Source of the DNA: Azolla caroliniana
Lineage: Eukaryota > Plantae > Polypodiophyta
Length of the DNA stretch: 64,000 bases
Assembly: GCA_043228905.1 (NCBI GenBank)
Contig: JBHGNT010000005.1
Coordinates: forward strand, 2,604,001 to 2,668,000
Reading direction: 5' to 3'
Every line of letters starts with the position of its first letter. The stretch's first letter is position 1. The notes under the pieces were generated by a model. It did not search any database. It had not been told where the DNA came from and saw nothing but the letters and a program-made list of their open reading frames with translations. The translations under genes and the position numbers were made by a program. Below are positions 54,501 to 64,000 of the stretch, in pieces.

Positions 54501-57137
54501 CGTTCGTATCTATATGTGCACATATGTACACTTTTCTGAGCAACAGATGTCATGTTACCATGGGAAACCTTGAAGTGAGGTAAAATACAGAATATATATA
54601 TCCTGCTGGGTTTGAAACATTCAAAATATAGGGATAAAACGTGCCCACATATGTTATTGGATACATAGAAAATATGAAGGCATTGTCTGAAGAAAAGCCT
54701 AGAACAACTGATATAGATCAGAAGCTGATTGCACAAATTTCGGGTATTTATGAATAGTCCAGAATTGTGGATAAAACCCAGTATCTGAATTCAGATCCAT
54801 GCAAAACGGTAGTCGTTCTGTGACAAAAAGCTTTCAGAATTAATGAGCAATGAATCATACGTGTAGACATTGGGTAGCTTAATGCGAGAAATGTACGGGA
54901 CAAGTGGAGTAGATAAAGTGTTCCATCTGCTCGTCCATCCCTCCTACAAGTGTCTGAAACAATTTTCCTTGCTTGTAATAATAACATATCAAGCAGGATA
55001 TCCGTGTAGATGCTGGAGGAAAGACATTCCGGATGGGAGCAATGAATTCTTTCATACCCCTTTTTATTACAATATCTATCGAGATATTGTTCTGGTTCAA
55101 ATCCCGTATATAAACTTTTTTGTCCATACAGTTTGTAGAGGTAAGGTAAACTAGGAGCTGAAAACAATTGCCCATCCTCAAGCTGGGTTTCATCCACTAA
55201 TGGAAGCTCTTGGTTATGGTTTAAAATAAGTTGTCGAATCTAATGCCACGGGGGTCAGGTAGTTCATAGCTATGGTATCTGCTATGGTCTCTACACCTTT
55301 TCTACCTTGATTACCATCCGCCCTTGGCCAGTGAGATGCGTCTTCCTTTTTACCAGCTAGAAATCAGTTTGTAGAAAACTGACACCGAGGTAACCGCCGT
55401 CTCAATGGCCAAAAGCAATACCCCAAAAATCATGTGTTCAGGGTTATTATTCAGTCAGCAAAGTCAAGGAGTAAATTTTCTCTCCCAAGACATAGATATG
55501 AATATCCAAGATATTCAGACCCCATTGCTTGCATGACATATGTAAACATTAAAGACTCTGATTGTGTTTAGTTATTGCCTAAACTGTTTTAGGACGTCAA
55601 ACATGAAGTTCTCGTGAAGCTTTCTTGGCTAAGTAATCAACAGTAACAAACACTGAATATTATGTATACGCATTGGTTGTGTACATTCATGGGACAAGTC
55701 GCTACTTTCCAATACTGTATAGAGTACAGTTATCGTTTCAACTATCCAATCTGCACAAGCTTTGGCAAATGCATACATATATCCTTATATGGATGTGTAT
55801 CATGTAAATATTACCTCCATGTATAGAAATAAATACGTACACGCACATATACACACACATATGTTATCAACATTTAGACATTACACATGTTATCAACATT
55901 GAGACATGCATAATATATTTTTATAATACTAACCAATTCTGAATTACTGTTGGGTAAACCGATGAAGGTTTTGGAGCTTGAGAGGAATGGTAATACCGAT
56001 GAGGATGGTGACAGCATGGCCATGGCTACATGTACATCACCTGAGAGATGGAAATCTGAGTTCAGTACAAAGCAAAGACAGATATTCGAGCTCTGGGATG
56101 TGTGCAATGTGTCAATAATCCACCGATCACAATTCTACCTCTTGTTCCGTGGAGATTACGCCGACAAAATCTACTTAGAAGTTGAGCTTCGGAGGCTGAC
56201 ATGGCTGAAGAGCCAACAGTGTGGTTCAGTAGTAGTAAACAACCCCCAGAGGACTCCAGGAGGCCACCTCCTACGTTCAGGTGAACAAGTAGCAAGCCCT
56301 GCCTCCAGGTAAAAGAAAATATTTCCCATCTTTCTTTACCTTATCTTATTATGTCAATGATAATGGGCTTATATAATTATAGTTTCGTCTCAATAAAGCG
56401 ATAAAGCTTCTGCGTGAAGGTCATGGATTTTTAAGTAATCAGATCCCGTATGTATAGTTTGATACAGGATTTTGTTAAGTCGTGTGATTATAGGTGTACT
56501 AATGGTACATTTAATCCTTCCAAGGAACAATAATGCTAGGAAAAGAAAATCCATAACTAAATTTAGGCGCAAAATGTCATAGAGAGACCAGTACAATCTA
56601 TGGGACGGGACATGATCCTACGACTAGGATTGAATTAGGGTTCTCACTGCTTTAATATAAAGCATCAACTTGAGAGACAAAATAAAGCATATTGAAGCCA
56701 AACCTAACCTACTAAAAAGCCAAGGAATTCGTTAATGTGTTTAGTGCTTTGAACAGTCACAATCTTAAATTGACTAATCATTGATTATTTTAATGTTTTC
56801 TGTCAGCATGAGAACTTTGAAGCGTGAAAGAGAATCGCTAATCAAGTACATGAACACAAGGTTGACAGGGGCTGAAAGACAAGAGCTTTACATACAATGG
56901 GGCATACCATTAGAGACAAAACAAAGAAAAGTGAAGCTAGCTTACATGGTGTGGACGAAGTGTGATGAAGAAGGCCATGTGAAAATGAGTGCAGAGTTAG
57001 TCGCAAGGTTAGTAACCCTATGGAATAAGAATGGCCCTGTTTCTAAGGAAATGTTCCAACTCAGCTTTTCAGCTCCTCAAAGCCACACTGAGAGAACCAT
57101 CTGGAGTCCAATTTCTAATCTCTTTAAAGCACATTGA
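50147..57137 (+). CDS. Kinesin-7, NACK1/HINKEL-like, with C-terminal DUF3490-type domain; 15 exons: 50147-50528, 50922-51011, 51210-51310, 51453-51566, 51726-51807, 51890-51957, 52053-52118, 52198-52322, 52517-52721, 52831-52968, 53064-53165, 53317-54040, 54299-54390, 55968-56308, 56807-57137
   Basis: [15 protein letters not shown]-loop [69 protein letters not shown]; NACK-type [57 protein letters not shown] and [14 protein letters not shown]. All introns are GT-AG. Orthology to NACK1 versus a paralogue is not resolvable here. Confidence 0.9.
54455..54496. repeat. (AT)n microsatellite in kinesin intron 13
   Basis: Seen directly. Confidence 0.95.
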
Positions 57138-59179
57138 CATTATTATCATTACTACGTTACTCAGAACATTCTAAGAAAGAATGGATTAGGATTCGAGGTA
57201 TAAATCCTAATCCGCTAAAACTAACACCTACACATGCACTATATTTGCAATAGATGTGGGCAGTAAATACACGTGGAAGTGATTGTCGTTTCTTTTTGCT
57301 TGAAGGGTGGTGTGTAGCAAAGAGAAACATTTGGTTTGTACACTATATTAACAAAAAGCTCTCTTGTAATGTAATCATTTTATGAACTCGTCTCTATTAT
57401 CTATTTCTCAATTTGCAACCAACAAAGGACCCAGAAATTCTTTGTTACTAATGATTACACCGAAAGCTAAAGGCGATAGCATAGATTAAAAGGCATACAT
57501 ATCTAAACCGATCATATCTCAGTAAAAACCTTATTGGATGCTTTTGAATGGTTTGTAAGACCATTTTTAAAACGAAAACCAGACTTTTCTGCGTGGATTC
57601 AGTTTAACTATTATTTCAGTGTGTTTGTATGTGGGAGAATCTTAGTTTCTTTCGTTGGCACTAGTTATTACATTTTGAAGTTAGTGGGGGGTTGCATCTT
57701 TTTTAATTCCTAGTCTGAACATTACTTATTATCTACTTTTGCAGTGCACTACTCTTTGTTTGGTGTTTTTTTCTGTTGAATAGTGGAATGAATGGACATC
57801 TCACTATGCACATAATGTTAATTTACATTTGTAAGCATTATCAGCATTACAAAAAGGGAGAATTTGAATAAATCCATGTCTCACAACCCATTTTCCAAAG
57901 TAATCTTATTTTTGTCCAAAACATTTTAGATGCTGCAAAATGTGATGATGCTTGCTAATAGCAGCACTTTCACAATTCCAAAGAATTAGGGGCTATTTGT
58001 TTGCAAGCATCATTGAAATGATGCAATGATAGACGAATAATTTGCAACTTGTATATTCTTAAAAGACTAGACATGGAATAGAAACATACTCTTTCGTACC
58101 TAGAGGATATGAGGTCACTACTCTATTGGATTTTGGTGTGTTGTTTATTTAGAGACACGAGAGAGTGCTGTATCTCTCTAGTTACCATTTCAGGAGTCCA
58201 AGTGATGATGATGTCTTCCACATGAAAGTGGCTAAAGAAGTGATTCCCTAGCGTGACAAAATCCTTCTCTATTGTTCTTGGACTCAAAAAAGTGCTCGTA
58301 GAATGACGCCATTGCATCTGCCTGGTGTGAAAGGCGCCTTAATTCTCTGTTTTTCTTGAGCTAGCTTCAAAGTAAAGCAGAAATAGACGACGTCTATGAA
58401 TAGTTAGCGCACCATTGAACCATGAAAAGGGACACACGCACATAATAAATCAAATCAATGTAAATGTCAGAGTCAGATCTCTGGTCCCTCTCAGAACACA
58501 TTATTCTCCTTGACTGGTAAAATCTCTTTGAAGCAATACGCTCTAATCGGAGTACAAAAAATATACAAAAAATTCATCTTTATTGATGGGATGTGATGGA
58601 ATAATAATAACAATAGTATGAGAAACTTGCAAAAGTTTTGGATTGGAGCTTACGCTTAGAAAGGTTGGCTATCAAAATAATTAATAGGGGTAAAATAGAA
58701 CCCAAGGAAGAATCAATTAATTTCGTTCTTCTATAATTTTATATAATAGATAGGTGAGAGAGGAATCCCTCCCTTTACCCACTCATCATCAGCATCTGTG
58801 GGCATATTTACATAAATGTAATTCATTACCCACAATTGCATAAGTGTAATGGAAACACCATAAATGGTTATGAACGAAAATGTGAATAATAATAGAAGGT
58901 TCTGAGGCTTTATTAAAAATAATGAAGGTCTAGATTGTGCTATAGAAGATGATTAAGATTAAATAAGGGGCTTTAACACTAACCCAACAGTTGATGGAGA
59001 GAAAATGAGCATGGATATGGTATAAGATGATCAAGCTTGCCACCATTTTGATGAACAAAACATTCTTTTGATTGTGAGTATTCCAAACCAAGAGATGAGC
59101 TATATATATATAGCTTCCCATCATTGATGAGGAAAATACTAGCTCAGCACCAGAAAGACAGAGATGTTCTAGCCTTGCG

Positions 59180-60706
59180 TTACCACCATTGATGAACAAG
59201 TACTCCTTTGCTTCTCAGTGTTTCGAACAAGGAGAGACATTCTCCATAGGTCTTCTGATACTTGGAAGTTCTCATAGGACTAGTCCTTTGCCATCTGTTG
59301 TAGTGGCATTCCAAGAAAAGCTCATCCACAAGGCAAATAGCTCCTGTTTCAATCATTCTTGGCAGGAGCTCAAACTCGGTTCCTTCTATATCCATCTTCA
59401 TTACAACAAAATCTTCTTCTGTGACAGTATTCATTAACCAATCGGCGAAATCAATACCTTGCACTGTCTTGAAATTCTTTTCTGTTTTCTGAAGAGAAGA
59501 TATGCTCTGAATTCTTCCCATTCCTATCTCTCCTTCTGCTGCTCTATTCTCTGGGTTAGCGCCAAATACTAAGCTTTCATTCCGTAACCAAGCTGCATAT
59601 GGCATTAACTTCACGTTCTTTCTCCCGACATAATCCTTGGCAAAAGAATCATCTGCTTCCACAGCATAAACATGGAAATCTTGTTCTTGCTTTGGATACC
59701 TCTTTTTAAACCAACTTCCAATGCTCGAAACATAGCTTCGTGCTCCGACATCGATGTAGACGTAATGATTTCTCCCACGAATATCAGAAACTGTGGGCAA
59801 ATACATTATCTTTTTGGCATTCTCTTTCAATACGATCCATGGTTTAAGTGGTTCTTCCAAAATAAGGGGCTCCGCTTTATCAATAATACTAGGATGTAAC
59901 TTCTTTTTACTGCACATCTCCACTTGGTGGCGTTTCCTTAGAACAATCTCATAAACCATATCATAATCTCCAATATTTTTCACATAGATGACATCTGAAT
60001 TCTTGAACTGATCAGTGTACCTTTCTACGCTAGGCAGCTTTTCATCATCCATCGAAGTCTCTGCAAGCTTCTGCTTGGAGAGATGGATAACTGCAAAGCC
60101 ACCTGGTTTTAGAGTGCGTTCCATCTCTGAGAACACATCATCCGAGATAACTGAACTTTCTAATGGATTGGAAAACGCAAAATCGAAAGTATTTGCAGGA
60201 AATGGCAGCCTATGCAAGTTTCCTTGCAAGACGAGAGGAAGGGAAGGAACGAGATCAACTCCAAGGGAATCCACGCCTATTTCTTTAAGGGCTAAGACAC
60301 CTTGGCCACCACCAGCAGCAACTAATAGAGCTTTATCTCCGCTATGGAGAACCTTTGCCTTCATTAGATTAGAAAAAACCAGAGAAAATTTGTCTACCTT
60401 GTTTCGCCAGTCTTTGGAGGTCCATAGCTTCTTGATTCCTGGAGTGAGTGTCTTTCTGACCTGAATTTGCAGGCTTTCTTCATAAGCAGAGAATTTCTGA
60501 CTACCTCTCTCACCAAGACTGAAGATTCCATGGTAAACTTTATGAGTGAAGCAAATCGTTCCATCAGCACATTTTCTTGATCCATCAAGCAGAACGAAGA
60601 GGAAGTGAAGAAGAGTGAACAAAAGAAGGAGGAGAAAGCAGCGTATGATCATTTTGCGGGCAAATGCAGACCTATGTTCATATGGCGATCCTTGTCTGAG
60701 ACTCAT
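59180..60706 (-). CDS. Membrane-anchored SAM-dependent methyltransferase (Methyltransf_11 domain plus FkbM-like domain), At5g01710-like, 508 aa, intronless CDS
   Basis: N-terminal TM; LWTSKDWR..V..FS.VF, ALKEIGV...GVDL, LPFPANTFDFAFS, EMERTLKPGGF, AEPLILEEPLKPW, YVYIDVGARSY.SSIGSWF.K.YPKQ, DFVVMKMDIEGTEF.L.PRM..TGAICLVDELFLECHYNRWQ and the GVLVHQWW terminus. Confidence 0.92.
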   Translation of the reverse strand: MSLRQGSPYEHRSAFARKMIIRCFLLLLLFTLLHFLFVLLDGSRKCADGTICFTHKVYHGIFSLGERGSQKFSAYEESLQIQVRKTLTPGIKKLWTSKDWRNKVDKFSLVFSNLMKAKVLHSGDKALLVAAGGGQGVLALKEIGVDSLGVDLVPSLPLVLQGNLHRLPFPANTFDFAFSNPLESSVISDDVFSEMERTLKPGGFAVIHLSKQKLAETSMDDEKLPSVERYTDQFKNSDVIYVKNIGDYDMVYEIVLRKRHQVEMCSKKKLHPSIIDKAEPLILEEPLKPWIVLKENAKKIMYLPTVSDIRGRNHYVYIDVGARSYVSSIGSWFKKRYPKQEQDFHVYAVEADDSFAKDYVGRKNVKLMPYAAWLRNESLVFGANPENRAAEGEIGMGRIQSISSLQKTEKNFKTVQGIDFADWLMNTVTEEDFVVMKMDIEGTEFELLPRMIETGAICLVDELFLECHYNRWQRTSPMRTSKYQKTYGECLSLFETLRSKGVLVHQWW

Positions 60707-61011
60707 TGTTTATAAGCAGAAGAAAACAATCAATAGGTATGATCACAAAGCTTTGGTTTTCTCTATTTTCAGAAAGATGTCACAGGAATGACCAACACAG
60801 CTTTGATCAACTCGCTTCCGCAGGAAAAGGCGGCACAAACAGCCAACTAGCACAGAGATGGTGACAATTTTTTGCTATCTTGGAAAGAATCGCATATGAC
60901 GGGCACGAAACTTCCTCCGCTTGTTATTATACCATGTCTCTCTCTGTCGCAATGTTTCTGTCTGAAGAGAATAAAGTAGAAATACGAATTACAGAAAAAG
61001 CTTCTCTTTCT

Positions 61012-61155
61012 TTATCGAGAGCAGAAACGAGCAGCAGTGTGGTTCCCACCTAGGAGGGCTACGCGGTGGTGTTTACAAGAGCTTTTAAAAGCAAGACGAT
61101 GCAGAGAAAGAAGCCCGTGAAATTTGACACTATAGCGATGGCGTAATGAAGTCAT
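61012..61155 (-). CDS. Candidate conserved-peptide uORF, 47 aa: MTSLRHRYSVKFHGLLSLHRLAFKSSCKHHRVALLGGNHTAARFCSR
   Basis: AUG-to-TAA ORF ending 305 nt upstream of the main ATG. This methyltransferase family carries CPuORFs in Arabidopsis (homology group 15: CPuORF46/47/48). The R.RY..KFH and ALLGG.HTAARFC segments match my recollection of that group; not verified by alignment. Confidence 0.72.
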   Translation of the reverse strand: MTSLRHRYSVKFHGLLSLHRLAFKSSCKHHRVALLGGNHTAARFCSR

Positions 61156-61238
61156 AGCTGCTGATTCGAGGTTAAGGAAAGGAAACCCTCGCCATGGGAA
61201 AATATCTCCTTAATTAGGGGAAACTGTCTCCTTGATTA

Positions 61239-61464
61239 CTGTTAAAAGGGAAAAAAACAAGAAAACAGAAGAAAGCGCGTTATAAAATTGGAAGACAAAG
61301 AGTTGGAAGAAGCATAAGTAAACACAGACAGACAGATGATGTGCAGAAAAATAGGAACGGAAAAGGCAGCAAAGCTGGGGAACCTACGGGGAGAGAGAGA
61401 GAGAGAGAGACCATGGGCGAGATGACAGATGATGTAAGTCGTGCACTAGGCAACGCAGCGCTGA

Positions 61465-61495
<31 letters not shown>

Positions 61496-61597
61496 AAGAA
61501 TGGCCGAAGGAGGAGGAGTAGGAGAAGAAGAAGATCAAGAAGAATGGAAGAAGGCCGAGAAGAATGGAGGAAGAAGACAGGAAATTGGAGTACTTAC
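61239..61597 (-). other. 5' UTR intron of the methyltransferase gene
   Basis: Minus-strand donor TCA|GTAAGTA at 61597 and acceptor TTTTTTTCCCTTTTAACAG| at 61239. Confidence 0.7.
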
Positions 61598-61988
61598 TGA
61601 TCGATCGATGGATCCACTCTTCCTTCTGAAGCAGGGTTCAATGGAAGCAGAAGCAAAAGCAGAGTTCAACGGAAGCAGAAGCAGAAGGAGAAGGAGAAGC
61701 CTCCAAAAAAAATAAAAGCAGTGTAGGCCGTATCGATCTGTTCAGTGTTGGGGGAAGGAAGCTTGAGATGAACGCAAAGCGCGTCCGTCGTTAACAGAAA
61801 GAAGAAGAAGAAGAAGATAGACACAGTGAGACAGAAGAAAAACAGACACAGACAGACAGTGATAAAAAAAGGAAGGAAGGAAGGAAGGAAGGAAGGAGAG
61901 TGAAGAAGTGTGAGAGACTGTAGTGGCGTTTTGTTTGTTACTGCGTGAACTGATGAGCTGGATGGATGGAAAGGCTTTTGTTGGCCTG

Positions 61989-62306
61989 GCTGACGTGGCT
62001 GGCCAGCTGCTGACCTGTAAACGCGCAGTCCCTACGTGGCACCGTAACTCCCGCTGACGAGTAGTTGCTGGCTGCCTCTCATCACCTCTCTCTCTCTCTC
62101 TCTCTTACGCTACCGTCCTCGTCTTGCATGCAAGTGGCTGGACCGACCTGCCTCTCTCTCTCTCTCTCTCTGCCTTACGTGGATCCCGCGTGTCGAACGC
62201 CCCGCCACCTGGCACGCTGACGTGTCCTCGCCCCCCTTCGCCGAGCTGGGAAGGTGTGCGAGGGATCACACCGGCCAGCTGTTCGCGGGGTCCCACGCTG
62301 ACGTGG
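61989..62306 (-). promoter_or_regulatory. Dense ACGT-element (C/G-box, ABRE-like) cluster in the methyltransferase promoter
   Basis: On the plus strand: GCTGACGTGGC 61989, TGCTGACCTG 62008, TACGTGGC 62033, GCTGACGA 62053, TACGTGG 62176, CGCGTGTC 62187, CACGCTGACGTGTC 62213, CACGCTGACGTGG 62294. Confidence 0.65.
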
Positions 62307-62413
62307 AGGCTTGTGGCACTTTATTGGCGGTAGGTAGAGCAAAGACCAAACAAACATAAAAAACCTCAATCATGCAAATCCATTTGATCTGTCTAGCTTT
62401 GCAAATATTGAAA

Positions 62414-62415
<2 letters not shown>

Positions 62416-62448
<33 letters not shown>

Positions 62449-62597
62449 TTTCTGCTTTCTGCTTTTCGTCTTTTGCTTTTTGCCAATCACACGCGAGGCT
62501 GCCAGCCACTCTCTTGTAGAATGTTCCATTCCCCCCCTTTCCTTTGAGCGCTTAGAAAACGTTCGCCTTGTGTGTGTTACATATGTATATGTAGTTA

Positions 62598-62650
<53 letters not shown>
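62416..62650. repeat. (CT)n (62416-62446) and (AT)n (62600-62650) microsatellites
   Basis: Seen directly. Confidence 0.95.
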
Positions 62651-62652
<2 letters not shown>

Positions 62653-63050
62653 TCAACCACCCACACCGGCCAAAAGTCCACTCTTCTCCTCCCCCACCAC
62701 CCTTCATCGCCAATTGCTTTATCCCACAATCCTTTTTTTGTTGCATGTCTACGTAACAATATGGATTGAGTTACTTTGCCTCAATCACCTCCTTGGCCTC
62801 ACTGTACAGAGAGAAGTTGAACAATTTGTATCGTGCCACCACTGCCACAATGGCGACATTTTATGCCCATTGCACCACCAACACATGGGGGTGATCCTTG
62901 AATTCTTTTTGGGACACTAAAACACCAAGCCTACGACTTTGAGTGTAATAGTCACATTCTCTCTCTATCCATTTACTCTCTATAATAAATACAATTGCAA
63001 TATTGCTGCATTGGAAGCCCCTACTCAATGTTAAGAGAGAAAGAGAGAGA

Positions 63051-63152
63051 GCCCATATGGATGTAGCTCTGTTGGTAAGGTTGCCCAATGGAGACCAGTT
63101 GGTCATGGGTTCAACCCCTACATTCCACAATGGCATCTAGTGAATTAAGAGA
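63051..63152 (+). mobile_element. tRNA-derived SINE-like element, copy B, directly after (GA)n
   Basis: A box TAGCTCTGTTGG and B box GGTTCAACCCC with tRNA-like spacing and T-arm; clear similarity to 15573-15668. Confidence 0.65.
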
Positions 63153-64000
63153 TAAGAAAGAGAGATTATTATGTTGAATTTCTATGTTGGATGTTAGAGC
63201 AAGTGGGGATCATTTCCTCAAGTGCATATTTTGGTTTTCTAATGGCACGTCCCTCTCCAAACATAGGATAGGTAGGTAGAGGAGACGAAGAAGTGTTGTA
63301 ACAAGTGGATTTTACATACAATTAGTATAATTGCGTCCTTTTACAGAAAAAAACGAAAGAGAGAGAGAGAGAGAGAGAGTAATAATTAACCACAAATAAT
63401 TCAACAAAGACAAACGATTGTTTCCTTTTCGAGGGAGCCACACAATAAAGAGAGAAACTACAATTCGCTTTTGACCAAGCATATTGAAAAATTTAAGGGA
63501 AGATGGAACATATATCTCAATATGTATGAGGAAGGAACCATATTCTCAATGATTTGTCTATTCCTCATGGATATATACACATATTAGAGTAGAGTGGTGT
63601 CACATGAGATGAACCTCTTATCTTTGTCAAGCATTGGGGAGCATTAACTTTCGGATACGTTTGATGGATGATCAAAACTAATCAATATATGCCATTGCAA
63701 AGTTTGGTTGACTCCAAGTTGCTCTAGCATTTCCTATCGCATTGTACCATTGCAAACGTTGTATGCTTTTTGCCCTTTTGTCCTATGCAAATATAGAGAT
63801 TTCTTGTATTTTTTGACCTTTTGAGGGGCTTGGGTATCACTATGCTCAAACCATAAAGAGAAACTGCCAACAACATGGTTATTTCATGCCTCCTTTCTAG
63901 GTTATTAGATTGGTTTACAACCAATCTGATAGTTATTAAATGGATTGTGATTGAATTACTTCCCCTTTTGGACACTTTTTCCTTATAAAGATTACCACTA

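Noticed and set aside
58194-58284. GAGTCCAAG...CTTGGACTC stem enclosing a C-box-like TGATGA (snoRNA/miRNA candidate)
   Set aside because: No terminal D box (CTGA) next to the stem and only 9 firm base pairs; insufficient support.
61341-61715. 124-aa charged ORF on the plus strand
   Set aside because: Antisense reading of the CT/CTT-rich leader and intron of the methyltransferase; GTG start and low complexity.
62372-62920. 182-aa ORF and its neighbours
   Set aside because: Spans (CT)n and (AT)n runs; no domain.
63051-63130. Functional tRNA gene
   Set aside because: D and anticodon arms do not fold, there is no oligo-T terminator, and diverged dispersed copies exist; treated as SINE-like.

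Overview
AT-rich land-plant nuclear DNA with spliceosomal GT-AG introns and many microsatellites. A non-seed plant such as a fern is plausible, but that is inference only. Five protein-coding genes can be built by hand: (1) an 11-exon BC10/GT14-like (DUF266, core-2/I-branching) glycosyltransferase, minus strand 1079-7451; (2) an intronless, GC-rich DUF247/UPF0481 gene, minus 11160-13067; (3) a 15-exon methylcrotonyl-CoA carboxylase alpha subunit (MCCA), plus 20236-34373; (4) a 15-exon NACK/HINKEL-type kinesin-7, plus 50147-57137; (5) a gene with an intronless CDS for a SAM-dependent methyltransferase (Methyltransf_11 plus FkbM-like), minus 59180-60706. Introns and intergenic DNA hold 5'-truncated LINE ends, a clustered LINE-tail repeat family, a solo LTR with TSD, a hAT-like MITE, tRNA-derived SINE-like elements and many local tandem duplications. 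The most interesting signals are regulatory and are missed by the ORF track: a 47-aa conserved-peptide-type uORF plus a second near-cognate/stop-interrupted uORF in the methyltransferase leader; GCTGACG(T/C)G clusters in both the MCCA and methyltransferase promoters; a possible GC/GT donor choice in the MCCA 3' UTR that would toggle NMD; an apparent acceptor shift around an in-frame stop in the kinesin; and inverted repeat copies flanking MCCA exons. There is no evidence of CRISPR arrays, rRNA or intact tRNA genes. All coordinates were read by eye.
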